Origin: Auanema rhodensis
Taxonomy: Eukaryota; Animalia; Nematoda
DNA: 64,000 nucleotides
Assembly (NCBI GenBank): GCA_964057225.1
Contig: OZ059894.1
Location: forward strand, 20,708,001-20,772,000
Direction: 5' to 3'
Below, in pieces: positions 11,171 through 25,272 of this stretch; the stretch's first letter is position 1; every line of letters starts with the position of its first letter. The position numbers were made by a program, and so were the translations under genes. The notes below the pieces were generated by a model. The model had not been told where the DNA came from, did no database searches, and saw only the letters and a list, made by a program, of their open reading frames with translations.

Positions 11171-14100
11171 CTTAATACAAAAATTAGTTATGATCGTTTG
11201 AAAAATGATGCATTAGTGTATGTTGAGTTTCCATGTACACTCAACATTGCTTCCAAAAACATTTTGACAAAAATTTTTTCGAAAAATTTCAAAATAATTT
11301 AGCAAAAAGTAGATGTTTTTAGATTCCTTTTTTCAAGGCAAAGACGATGGACAATGTTATTCAACGAAAAAATTAATTCTTCAGGGTGAAAATCGAGGAT
11401 AAAAGTGTGAACTTATATCAGTTGATATCTCGGTGCATTTTTAAGCTAGCGCAAATCTGATAACACAGATCGACGCAGCTTAAAAATCCGCATCGAATGC
11501 ACTATACTACATTGAGAAACGCTTAAAACAAAAATTAGTTATGATCGTTTGAAAAATGATGCATTAGTGTATGTTGAGTTTCCATGTACACTCAACATTG
11601 CTTCCAAAAACATTTTGACAAAAATTTTTTCGAAAAATTTCGAAATAATTTAGCAAAAAGTAGATGTTTTTAGATTCCATTTTTCAAGGCAAAGACGATG
11701 GACAATGTTATTCAACGAAAAAATTAATTCTTCAGGGTGAAAATCGAGGATATAAGTGTGAACTTATATCAGTTGATATCTCGGTGCATTTTTAAGCTAG
11801 CGCAAATCTGATAACACAGATCGACGCAGCTTCAAAATCCGCATCGAATGCACTATACTACATTGAGAAACGCTCAATACAAAAATTAGTTATGATCGTT
11901 TGAAAAATGATGCATTAGTGTATGTTGAGTTTCCATGTACACTCAACATTGCTTCCAAAAACATTTTGACAAAAATTTTTTCGAGAAATTTCAAAATAAT
12001 TCAGCAAAAAGTAGATGTTTTTAGATTCCTTTTTTCAAGGCAAAGACGATGGACAATGTTATTCAACGAAAAAATTAATTCTTCAGGGTGAAAATCGAGG
12101 ATATAAGTGTGAACTTATATCAGTTGATATCTCGGTGAATTTTTAAGCTAGCGCGAATCTGATAACACAGATCGACGCAGCTTAAAAATCCGCATCGAAT
12201 GCACTATACTACATTGAGAAACGCTTAATACAAAAATTAGTTATGATCGTTTGAAAAATGATGCATTAGTGTATGTTGAGTTTCCATGTACACTCAACAT
12301 TGCTTCCAAAAACATTTTGACAAAAATTTTTTCGAAAAATTTCAAAATAATTTAGCAAAAAGTAGATGTTTTTAGATTCCATTTTTCAAGGCAAAGACGA
12401 TGGACAATGTTATTCAACGAAAAAATTAATTCTTCAGGGTGAAAATCGAGGATATATGTGTGAACTTATATCAGTTGATATCTCGGTGCATTTTTAAGCT
12501 AGCGCAAATCTGATAACACAGAACGACGCAGCTTAAAAATTCGCATCGAATGCACTATACTACATTGAAAAACGCTTAATACAAAAATTAGTTATGATCG
12601 TTTGAAAAATGATGCATTAGTGTATGTTGAGTTTCCATGTACACTCAACATTGCTTCCAAAAACATTTTGACAAAAATTTTTTCGAAAAATTTCAAAATA
12701 ATTTAGCAAAAAGTAGATGTTTTTAGATTCCATTTTTCAAGGCAAAGACGATGGACAATGTTATTCAACGAAAAAATTAATTCTTCAGGGTAAAAATCGA
12801 GGATATATGTGTGAACTTATATCAGTTGATATCTCGGTGCATTTTTAAGCTAGCGCAAATCTGATAACACAGATCGACGCAGCTTAAAAATCCGCATCGA
12901 ATGCACTATACTACATTGAGAAACGCTTAATACAAAAATTAGTTATGATCGTTTGAAAAATGATGCATTAGTGTATGTTGAGTTTCCATGTACACTCAAC
13001 ATTGCTTCCAAAAACATTTTGACAAAAATTTTTTCGAAAAATTTCAAAATAATTTAGCAAAAAGTAGATGTTTTTAGATTCCTTTTTTCAAGGCAAAGAC
13101 GATGGACAATGTTATTCAACGAAAAAATTAATTCTTCAGGGTGAAAATCGAGGATAAAAGTGTGAACTTATATCAGTTGATATCTCGGTGCATTTTTAAG
13201 CTAGCGCAAATCTGATAACACAGATCGACGCAGCTTAAAAATCCGCATCGAATGCACTATACTACATTGAGAAACGCTTAATACAAAAATTAGTTATGAT
13301 CGTTTGAAAAATGATGCATTAGTGTATGTTGAGTTTCCATGTACACTCAACATTGCTTCCAAAAACATTTTGACAAAAATTTTTTCGAAAAATTTCGAAA
13401 TAATTTAGCAAAAAGTAGATGTTTTTAGATTCCATTTTTCAAGGCAAAGACGATGGACAATGTTATTCAACGAAAAAATTAATTCTTCAGGGTGAAAATC
13501 GAGGATATAAGTGTGAACTTATATCAATTGATATATCGGTGCATTTTTAAGCTAGCGCAAATCTGATAACACAGATCGACGCAGCTTCAAAATCCGCATC
13601 GAATGCACTATACTACATTGAGAAACGCTTAATACAAAAATTAGTTATGATCGTTTGAAAAATGATGCATTAGTGTATGTTGAGTTTCCATGTACACTCA
13701 ACATTGCTTCCAAAAACATTTTGACAAAAATTTTTTCGAAAAATTTCAAAATAATTTAGCAAAAAGTAGATGTTTTTAGATTCCTTTTTTCAAGGCAAAG
13801 ACGATGGACAATGTTATTCAACGAAAAAATTAATTCTTCAGGGTGAAAATCGAGGATATAAGTGTGAACTTATATCAGTTGATATCTCGGTGCATTTTTA
13901 AGCTAGCGCAAATCTGATAACACAGATCGACGCAGCTTAAAAATCCGCATCGAATGCACTATACTACATTGAGAAACGCTTAATACAAAAATTAGTTATG
14001 ATCGTTTGAAAAATGATGCATTAGTGTATGTTGAGTTTCCATGTACACTCAACATTGCTTCCAAAAACATTTTGACAAAAATTTTTTCGAAAAATTTCAA

Positions 14101-15444
14101 AATAATTTAGCAAAAAGTAGATGTTTTTAGATTCCTTTTTTCAAGGCAAAGACGATGGACAATGTTATTCAACGAAAAAATTAATTCTTCAGGGTGAAAA
14201 TCGAGGATAAAAGTGTGAACTTATATCAGTTGATATCTCGGTGCATTTTTAAGCTAGCGCGAATCTGATAACACAGATCGACGCAGCTTAAAAATCCGCA
14301 TCGAATGCACTATACTACATTGAGAAACGCTTAATACAAAAATTAGTTATGATCGTTTGAAAAATGATGCATTAGTGTATGTTGAGTTTCCATGTACACT
14401 CAACATTGCTTCCAAAAACATTTTGACAAAAATTTTTTCGAAAAATTTCAAAATAATTTAGCAAAAAGTAGATGTTTTTAGATTCCATTTTTCAAGGCAA
14501 AGACGATGGACAATGTTATTCAACGAAAAAATTAATTCTTCAGGGTGAAAATCGAGGATATATGTGTGAACTTATATCAGTTGATATCTCGGTGCATTTT
14601 TAAGCTAGCGCAAATCTGATAACACAGAACGACGCAGCTTAAAAATTCGCATCGAATGCACTATACTACATTGAAAAACGCTTAATACAAAAATTAGTTA
14701 TGATCGTTTGAAAAATGATGCATTAGTGTATATTGAGTTTCCATGTACACTCAACATTGCTTCCAAAAACATTTTGACAAAAATTTTTTCGAAAAATTTC
14801 AAAATAATTTAGCAAAAAGTAGATGTTTTTAGATTCCATTTTTCAAGGCAAAGACGATGGACAATGTTATTCAACGAAAAAATTAATTCTTCAGGGTAAA
14901 AATCGAGGATATAAGTGTGAACTTATATCAGTTGATATCTCGGTGCATTTTTAAGCTAGCGCAAATCTGATAACACAGATCGACGCAGCTTCAAAATCCG
15001 CATCGAATGCACTATACTACATTGAGAAACGCTCAATACAAAAATTAGTTATGATCGTTTGAAAAATGATGCATTAGTGTATGTTGAGTTTCCATGTACA
15101 CTCAACATTGCTTCCAAAAACATTTTGACAAAAATTTTTTCGAAAAATTTCAAAATAATTTAGCAAAAAGTAGATGTTTTTAGATTCCATTTTTCAAGGC
15201 AAAGACGATGGACAATGTTATTCAACGAAAAAATTAATTCTTTAGGGTAAAAATCGAGGATATAAGTGTGAACTTATATCAGTTGATATCTCGGTGCATT
15301 TTTAAGCTAGCGCAAATCTGATAACACAGATCGACGCAGCTTAAAAATCCGCATCGAATGCACTATACTACATTGAGAAACGCTTAATACAAAAATTAGT
15401 TATGATCGTTTGAAAAATGATGCATTAGTGTATGTTGAGTTTCC

Positions 15445-18400
15445 ATGTACACTCAACATTGCTTCCAAAAACATTTTGACAAAAATTTTTTCGAAAAATT
15501 TCGAAATAATTTAGCAAAAAGTAGATGTTTTCAGATTCCATTTTTCAAGGCAAAGACGATGGACAATGTTATTCAACGAAAAAATTAATTCTTCAGGGTG
15601 AAAATCGAGGATATAAGTGTGAACTTATATCAATTGATATATCGGTGCATTTTTAAGCTAGCGCAAATCTGATAACACAGATCGACGCAGCTTCAAAATC
15701 CGCATCGAATGCACTATACTACATTGAGAAACGCTTAATACAAAAATTAGTTATGATCGTTTGAAAAATGATGCATTAGTGTATGTTGAGTTTCCATGTA
15801 CACTCAACATTGCTTCCAAAAACATTTTGACAAAAATTTTTTCGAAAAATTTCGAAATAATTTAGCAAAAAGTAGATGTTTTTAGATTCCATTTTTCAAG
15901 GCAAAGACGATGGACAATGTTATTCAACGAAAAAATTAATTCTTCAGGGTGAAAATCGAGGATATAAGTGTGAACTTATATCAATTGATATATCGGTGCA
16001 TTTTTAAGCTAGCGCAAATCTGATAACACAGATCGACGCAGCTTCAAAATCCGCATCGAATGCACTATACTACATTGAGAAACGCTTAATACAAAAATTA
16101 GTTATGATCGTTTGAAAAATGATGCATTAGTGTATGTTGAGTTTCCATGTACACTCAACATTGCTTCCAAAAACATTTTGACAAAAATTTTTTCGAAAAA
16201 TTTCAAAATAATTTAGCAAAAAGTAGATGTTTTTAGATTCCTTTTTTCAAGGCAAAGACGATGGACAATGTTATTCAACGAAAAAATTAATTCTTCAGGG
16301 TGAAAATCGAGGATATAAGTGTGAACTTATATCAGTTGATATCTCGGTGCATTTTTAAGCTAGCGCGAATCTGATAACACAGATCGACGCAGCTTAAAAA
16401 TCCGCATCGAATGCACTATACTACATTGAGAAACGCTTAATACAAAAATTAGTTATGATCGTTTGAAAAATGATGCATTAGTGTATGTTGAGTTTCCATG
16501 TACACTCAACATTGCTTCCAAAAACATTTTGACAAAAATTTTTTCGAAAAATTTCAAAATAATTTAGCAAAAAGTAGATGTTTTTAGATTCCATTTTTCA
16601 AGGCAAAGACGATGGACAATGTTATCCAACGAAAAAATTAATTCTTCAGGGTGAAAATCGAGGATATAAGTGTGAACTTATATCAGTTGATATCTCGGTG
16701 CATTTTTAAGCTAGCGCAAATCTGATAACACAGATCGACGCAGCTTAAAAATCCGCATCGAATGCACTATACTACATTGAGAAACGCTTAATACAAAAAT
16801 TAGTTATGATCGTTTGAAAAATGATGCATTAGTGTATGTTGAGTTTCCATGTACACTCAACATTGCTTCCAAAAACATTTTGACAAAAATTTTTTCGAAA
16901 AATTTCGAAATAATTTAGCAAAAAGTAGATGTTTTTAGATTTCATTTTTCAAGGCAAAGACGATGGACAATGTTATTCAACGAAAAAATTAATTCTTCAG
17001 GGTGAAAATCGAGGATAAAAGTGTGAACTTATATCAGTTGATATCTCGGTGCATTTTTAAGCTAGCGCGAATCTGATAACACAGATCGACGCAGCTTAAA
17101 AATCCGCATCGAATGCACTATACTACATTGAGAAACGCTTAATACAAAAATTAGTTATGATCGTTTGAAAAATGATGCATTAGTGTATGTTGAGTTTCCA
17201 TGTACACTCAACATTGCTTCCAAAAACATTTTGACAAAAATTTTTTCGAAAAATTTCAAAATAATTTAGCAAAAAGTAGATGTTTTTAGATTCCATTTTT
17301 CAAGGCAAAGACGATGGACAATGTTATTCAACGAAAAAATTAATTCTTCAGGGTGAAAATCGAGGATATAAGTGTGAACTTATATCAGTTGATATCTCGG
17401 TGCATTTTTAAGCTAGCGCAAATCTGATAACACAGATCGACGCAGCTTAAAAATCCGCATCGAATGCACTATACTACATTGAGAAACGCTTAATACAAAA
17501 ATTAGTTATGATCGTTTGAAAAATGATGCATTAGTGTATGTTGAGTTTCCATGTACACTCAACATTGCTTCCAAAAACATTTTGACAAAAATTTTTTCGA
17601 AAAATTTCAAAATAATTTAGCAAAAAGTAGATGTTTTTAGATTCCTTTTTTCAAGGCAAAGACGATGGACAATGTTATTCAACGAAAAAATTAATTCTTC
17701 AGGGTGAAAATCGAGGATAAAAGTGTGAACTTATATCAGTTGATATCTCGGTGCATTTTTAAGCTAGCGCAAATCTGATAACACAGATCGACGCAGCTTA
17801 AAAATCCGCATCGAATGCACTATACTACATTGAGAAACGCTTAATACGAAAATTAGTTATGATCGTTTGAAAAATGATGCATTAGTGTATGTTGAGTTTC
17901 CATGTACACTCAACATTGCTTCCAAAAACATTTTGACAAAAATTTTTTCGAAAAATTTCGAAATAATTTAGCAAAAAGTAGATGTTTTTAGATTCCATTT
18001 TTCAAGGCAAAGACGATGGACAATGTTATTCAACGAAAAAATTAATTCTTCAGGGTGAAAATCGAGGATATAATTGTGAACTTATATCAGTTGATATCTC
18101 GGTGCATTTTTAAGCTAGCGCAAATCTGATAACACAGATCGACGCAGCTTCAAAATCCGCATCGAATGCACTATACTATATTGAGAAACGCTCAATACAA
18201 AAATTAGTTATGATCGTTTGAAAAATGATGCATTAGTGTATGTTGAGTTTCCATGTACACTCAACATTGCTTCCAAAAACATTTTGACAAAAATTTTTTC
18301 GAAAAATTTCAAAATAATTTAGCAAAAAGTAGATGTTTTTAGATTCCTTTTTTCAAGGCAAAGACGATGGACAATGTTATTCAACGAAAAAATTAATTCT

Positions 18401-21400
18401 TCAGGGTGAAAATCGAGGATAAAAGTGTGAACTTATATCAGTTGATATCTCGGTGCATTTTTAAGCTAGCGCAAATCTGATAACACAGATCGACGCAGCT
18501 TAAAAATCCGCATCGAATGCACTATACTACATTGAGAAACGCTTAATACGAAAATTAGTTATGATCGTTTGAAAAATGATGCATTAGTGTATGTTGAGTT
18601 TCCATGTACACTCAACATTGCTTCCAAAAACATTTTGACAAAAATTTTTTCGAAAAATTTCAAAATAATTTAGCAAAAAGTAGATGTTTTTAGATTCCTT
18701 TTTTCAAGGCAAAGACGATGGACAATGTTATTCAACGAAAAAATTAATTCTTCAGGGTGAAAATCGAGGATAAAAGTGTGAACTTATATCAGTTGATATC
18801 TCGGTGCATTTTTAAGCTAGCGCAAATCTGATAACACAGATCGACGCAGCTTAAAAATCCGCATCGAATTCACTATACTACATTGAGAAACGCTTAATAC
18901 AAAAATTAGTTATGATCGTTTGAAAAATGATGCATTAGTGTATGTTGAGTTTCCATGTACACTCAACATTGCTTCCAAAAACATTTTGACAAAAATTTTT
19001 TCGAAAAATTTCGAAATAATTTAGCAAAAAGTAGATGTTTTTAGATTCCATTTTTCAAGGCAAAGACGATTGACAATGTTATTCAACGAAAAAATTAATT
19101 CTTCAGGGTGAAAATCGAGGATATAAGTGTGAACTTATATCAGTTGATATCTCGGTGCATTTTTAAGCTAGCGCAAATCTGATAACACAGATCGACGCAG
19201 CTTAAAAATCCGCATCGAATGCACTATACTACATTGAGAAACGCTTAATACGAAAATTAGTTATGATCGTTTGAAAAATGATGCATTAGTGTATGTTGAG
19301 TTTCCATGTACACTCAACATTGCTTCCAAAAACATTTTGACAAAAATTTTTTCGAAAAATTTCGAAATAATTTAGCAAAAAGTAGATGTTTTTAGATTCC
19401 ATTTTTCAAGGCAAAGACGATGGACAATGTTATTCAACGAAAAAATTAATTCTTCAGGGTGAAAATCGAGGATATAATTGTGAACTTATATCAGTTGATA
19501 TCTCGGTGCATTTTTAAGCTAGCGCAAATCTGATAACACAGATCGACGCAGCTTCAAAATCCGCATCGAATGCACTATACTATATTGAGAAACGCTCAAT
19601 ACAAAAATTAGTTATGATCGTTTGAAAAATGATGCATTAGTGTATGTTGAGTTTCCATGTACACTCAACATTGCTTCCAAAAACATTTTGACAAAAATTT
19701 TTTCGAGAAATTTCAAAATAATTCAGCAAAAAGTAGATGTTTTTAGATTCCTTTTTTCAAGGCAAAGACGATGGACAATGTTATTCAACGAAAAAATTAA
19801 TTCTTCAGGGTGAAAATCGAGGATATAAGTGTGAACTTATATCAGTTGATATCTCGGTGAATTTTTAAGCTAGCGCGAATCTGATAACACAGATCGACGC
19901 AGCTTAAAAATCCGCATCGAATGCACTATACTACATTGAGAAACGCTTAATACAAAAATTAGTTATGATCGTTTGAAAAATGATGCATTAGTGTATGTTG
20001 AGTTTCCATGTACACTCAACATTGCTTCCAAAAACATTTTGACAAAAATTTTTTCGAAAAATTTCAAAATAATTTAGCAAAAAGTAGATGTTTTTAGATT
20101 CCTTTTTTCAAGGCAAAGACGATGGACAATGTTATTCAACGAAAAAATTAATTCTTCAGGGTGAAAATCGAGGATAAAAGTGTGAACTTATATCAGTTGA
20201 TATCTCGGTGCATTTTTAAGCTAGCGCAAATCTGATAACACAGATCGACGCAGCTTAAAAATCCGCATCGAATTCACTATACTACATTGAGAAACGCTTA
20301 ATACAAAAATTAGTTATGATCGTTTGAAAAATGATGCATTAGTGTATGTTGAGTTTCCATGTACACTCAACATTGCTTCCAAAAACATTTTGACAAAAAT
20401 TTTTTCGAAAAATTTCGAAATAATTTAGCAAAAAGTAGATGTTTTTAGATTCCATTTTTCAAGGCAAAGACGATGGACAATGTTATTCAACGAAAAAATT
20501 AATTCTTCAGGGTGAAAATCGAGGATATAAGTGTGAACTTATATCAGTTGATATCTCGGTGCATTTTTAAGCTAGCGCAAATCTGATAACACAGATCGAC
20601 GCAGCTTAAAAATCCGCATCGAATGCACTATACTACATTGAGAAACGCTTAATACGAAAATTAGTTATGATCGTTTGAAAAATGATGCATTAGTGTATGT
20701 TCAGTTTCCATGTACACTCAACATTGCTTCCAAAAACATTTTGACAAAAATTTTTTCGAAAAATTTCGAAATAATTTAGCAAAAAGTAGATGTTTTTAGA
20801 TTCCTTTTTTCAAGGCAAAGACGATGGACAATGTTATTCAACGAAAAAATTAATTCTTCAGGGTGAAAATCGAGGATAAAAGTGTGAACTTATATCAGTT
20901 GATATCTCGGTGCATTTTTAAGCTAGCGCAAATCTGATAACACAGATCGACGCAGCTTAAAAATCCGCATCGAATTCACTATACTACATTGAGAAACGCT
21001 TAATACAAAAATTAGTTATGATCGTTTGAAAAATGATGCATTAGTGTATGTTGAGTTTCCATGTACACTCAACATTGCTTCCAAAAACATTTTGACAAAA
21101 ATTTTTTCGAAAAATTTCGAAATAATTTAGCAAAAAGTAGATGTTTTTAGATTCCATTTTTCAAGGCAAAGACGATGGACAATGTTATTCAACGAAAAAA
21201 TTAATTCTTCAGGGTGAAAATCGAGGATATAAGTGTGAACTTATATCAGTTGATATCTCGGTGCATTTTTAAGCTAGCGCAAATCTGATAACACAGATCG
21301 ACGCAGCTTAAAAATCCGCATCGAATGCACTATACTACATTGAGAAACGCTTAATACGAAAATTAGTTATGATCGTTTGAAAAATGATGCATTAGTGTAT

Positions 21401-22113
21401 GTTGAGTTTCCATGTACACTCAACATTGCTTCCAAAAACATTTTGACAAAAATTTTTTCGAAAAATTTCGAAATAATTTAGCAAAAAGTAGATGTTTTTA
21501 GATTCCATTTTTCAAGGCAAAGACGATGGACAATGTTATTCAACGAAAAAATTAATTCTTCAGGGTGAAAATCGAGGATATAATTGTGAACTTATATCAG
21601 TTGATATCTCGGTGCATTTTTAAGCTAGCGCAAATCTGATAACACAGATCGACGCAGCTTCAAAATCCGCATCGAATGCACTATACTATATTGAGAAACG
21701 CTCAATACAAAAATTAGTTATGATCGTTTGAAAAATGATGCATTAGTGTATGTTGAGTTTCCATGTACACTCAACATTGCTTCCAAAAACATTTTGACAA
21801 AAATTTTTTCGAGAAATTTCAAAATAATTCAGCAAAAAGTAGATGTTTTTAGATTCCTTTTTTCACGGCAAAGACGATGGACAATGTTATTCAACGAAAA
21901 AATTAATTCTTCAGGGTGAAAATCGAGGATATAAGTGTGAACTTATATCAGTTGATATCTCGGTGAATTTTTAAGCTAGCGCGAATCTGATAACACAGAT
22001 CGACGCAGCTTAAAAATCCGCATCGAATGCACTATACTACATTGAGAAACGCTTAATACAAAAATTAGTTATGATCGTTTGAAAAATGATGCATTAGTGT
22101 ATGTTGAGTTTCC
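15445..22113 (+). repeat. Copy B of the 44-monomer-offset duplicated block (monomers 45-63)
   Basis: Same ordered series of rare SNPs as 1-6669. The match ends at monomer 64 versus monomer 20 (pos 96, 170, 250 and 267 differ). Confidence 0.93.
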
Positions 22114-25100
22114 ATGTACACTCAACATTGCTTCCAAAAACATTTTGACAAAAATTTTTTCGAAAAATTTCAAAATAATTTAGCAAAAAGTAGATGTTTT
22201 TAGATTCCTTTTTTCAAGGCAAAGACGATGGACAATGTTATTCAACGAAAAAATTAATTCTTCAGGGTGAAAATCGAGGATAAAAGTGTGAACTTATATC
22301 AGTTGATATCTCGGTGCATTTTTAAGCTAGCGCAAATCTGATAACACAGATCGACGCAGCTTAAAAATCCGCATCGAATTCACTATACTACATTGAGAAA
22401 CGCTTAATACAAAAATTAGTTATGATCGTTTGAAAAATGATGCATTAGTGTATGTTGAGTTTCCATGTACACTCAACATTGCTTCCAAAAACATTTTGAC
22501 AAAAATTTTTTCGAAAAATTTCGAAATAATTTAGCAAAAAGTAGATGTTTTTAGATTCCATTTTTCAAGGCAAAGACGATGGACAATGTTATTCAACGAA
22601 AAAATTAATTCTTCAGGGTGAAAATCGAGGATATAAGTGTGAACTTATATCAGTTGATATCTCGGTGCATTTTTAAGCTAGCGCAAATCTGATAACACAG
22701 ATCGACGCAGCTTCAAAATCCGCATCGAATGCACTATACTACATTGAGAAACGCTCAATACAAAAATTAGTTATGATCGTTTGAAAAATGATGCATTAGT
22801 GTATGTTGAGTTTCCATGTACACTCAACATTGCTTCCAAAAACATTTTGACAAAAATTTTTTCGAGAAATTTCAAAATAATTCAGCAAAAAGTAGATGTT
22901 TTTAGATTCCTTTTTTCAAGGCAAAGACGATGGACAATGTTATTCAACGAAAAAATTAATTCTTCAGGGTGAAAATCGAGGATATAAGTGTGAACTTATA
23001 TCAGTTGAAATCTCGGTGAATTTTTAAGCTAGCGCGAATCTGATAACACAGATCGACGCAGCTTAAAAATCCGCATCGAATGCACTATACTACATTGAGA
23101 AACGCTTAATACAAAAATTAGTTATGATCGTTTGAAAAATGATGCATTAGTGTATGTTGAGTTTCCATGTACACTCAACATTGCTTCCAAAAACATTTTG
23201 ACAAAAATTTTTTCGAAAAATTTCAAAATAATTTAGCAAAAAGTAGATGTTTTTAGATTCCATTTTTCAAGGCAAAGACGATGGACAATGTTATTCAACG
23301 AAAAAATTAATTCTTCATGGTGAAAATCGAGGATATAAGTGTGAACTTATATCAGTTGATATCTCGGTGCATTTTTAAGCTAGCGCAAATCTGATAACAC
23401 AGATCGACGCAGCTTAAAAATCCGCATCGAATGCACTATACTACATTGAGAAACGCTTAATACAAAAATTAGTTATGATCGTTTGAAAAATGATGCATTA
23501 GTGTATGTTGAGTTTCCATGTACACTCAACATTGCTTCCAAAAACATTTTGACAAAAATTTTTTCGAGAAATTTCAAAATAATTCAGCAAAAAGTAGATG
23601 TTTTTAGATTCCTTTTTTCACGGCAAAGACGATGGACAATGTTATTCAACGAAAAAATTAATTCTTCAGGGTGAAAATCGAGGATATAAGTGTGAACTTA
23701 TATCAGTTGATATCTCGGTGAATTTTTAAGCTAGCGCGAATCTGATAACACAGATCGACGCAGCTTAAAAATCCGCATCGAATGCACTATACTACATTGA
23801 GAAACGCTTAATACAAAAATTAGTTATGATCGTTTGAAAAATGATGCATTAGTGTATGTTGAGTTTCCATGTACACTCAACATTGCTTCCAAAAACATTT
23901 TGACAAAAATTTTTTCGAAAAATTTCAAAATAATTTAGCAAAAAGTAGATGTTTTTAGATTCCTTTTTTCAAGGCAAAGACGATGGACAATGTTATTCAA
24001 CGAAAAAATTAATTCTTCAGGGTGAAAATCGAGGATAAAAGTGTGAACTTATATCAGTTGATATCTCGGTGCATTTTTAAGCTAGCGCAAATCTGATAAC
24101 ACAGATCGACGCAGCTTAAAAATCCGCATCGAATTCACTATACTACATTGAGAAACGCTTAATACAAAAATTAGTTATGATCGTTTGAAAAATGATGCAT
24201 TAGTGTATGTTGAGTTTCCATGTACACTCAACATTGCTTCCAAAAACATTTTGACAAAAATTTTTTCGAAAAATTTCGAAATAATTTAGCAAAAAGTAGA
24301 TGTTTTTAGATTCCATTTTTCAAGGCAAAGACGATGGACAATGTTATTCAACGAAAAAATTAATTCTTCAGGGTGAAAATCGAGGATATAAGTGTGAACT
24401 TATATCAGTTGATATCTCGGTGCATTTTTAAGCTAGCGCAAATCTGATAACACAGATCGACGCAGCTTCAAAATCCGCATCGAATGCACTATACTACATT
24501 GAGAAACGCTCAATACAAAAATTAGTTATGATCGTTTGAAAAATGATGCATTAGTGTATGTTGAGTTTCCATGTACACTCAACATTGCTTCCAAAAACAT
24601 TTTGACAAAAATTTTTTCGAGAAATTTCAAAATAATTCAGCAAAAAGTAGATGTTTTTAGATTCCTTTTTTCAAGGCAAAGACGATGGACAATGTTATTC
24701 AACGAAAAAATTAATTCTTCAGGGTGAAAATCGAGGATATAAGTGTGAACTTATATCAGTTGAAATCTCGGTGAATTTTTAAGCTAGCGCGAATCTGATA
24801 ACACAGATCGACGCAGCTTAAAAATCCGCATCGAATGCACTATACTACATTGAGAAACGCTTAATACAAAAATTAGTTATGATCGTTTGAAAAATGATGC
24901 ATTAGTGTATGTTGAGTTTCCATGTACACTCAACATTGCTTCCAAAAACATTTTGACAAAAATTTTTTCGAAAAATTTCAAAATAATTTAGCAAAAAGTA
25001 GATGTTTTTAGATTCCATTTTTCAAGGCAAAGACGATGGACAATGTTATTCAACGAAAAAATTAATTCTTCATGGTGAAAATCGAGGATATAAGTGTGAA

Positions 25101-25272
25101 CTTATATCAGTTGATATCTCGGTGCATTTTTAAGCTAGCGCAAATCTGATAACACAGATCGACGCAGCTTAAAAATCCGCATCGAATGCACTATACTACA
25201 TTGAGAAACGCTTAATACAAAAATTAGTTATGATCGTTTGAAAAATGATGCATTAGTGTATGTTGAGTTTCC
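21763..25272 (+). repeat. Tandem 5-monomer (1755 bp) duplication (monomers 63-67 and 68-72)
   Basis: Markers at 21866/23621 (A103C), 22376/24131 (GAATTC from G267T), 23009/24764 (T194A) and 23318/25073 (G152T). Confidence 0.92.
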
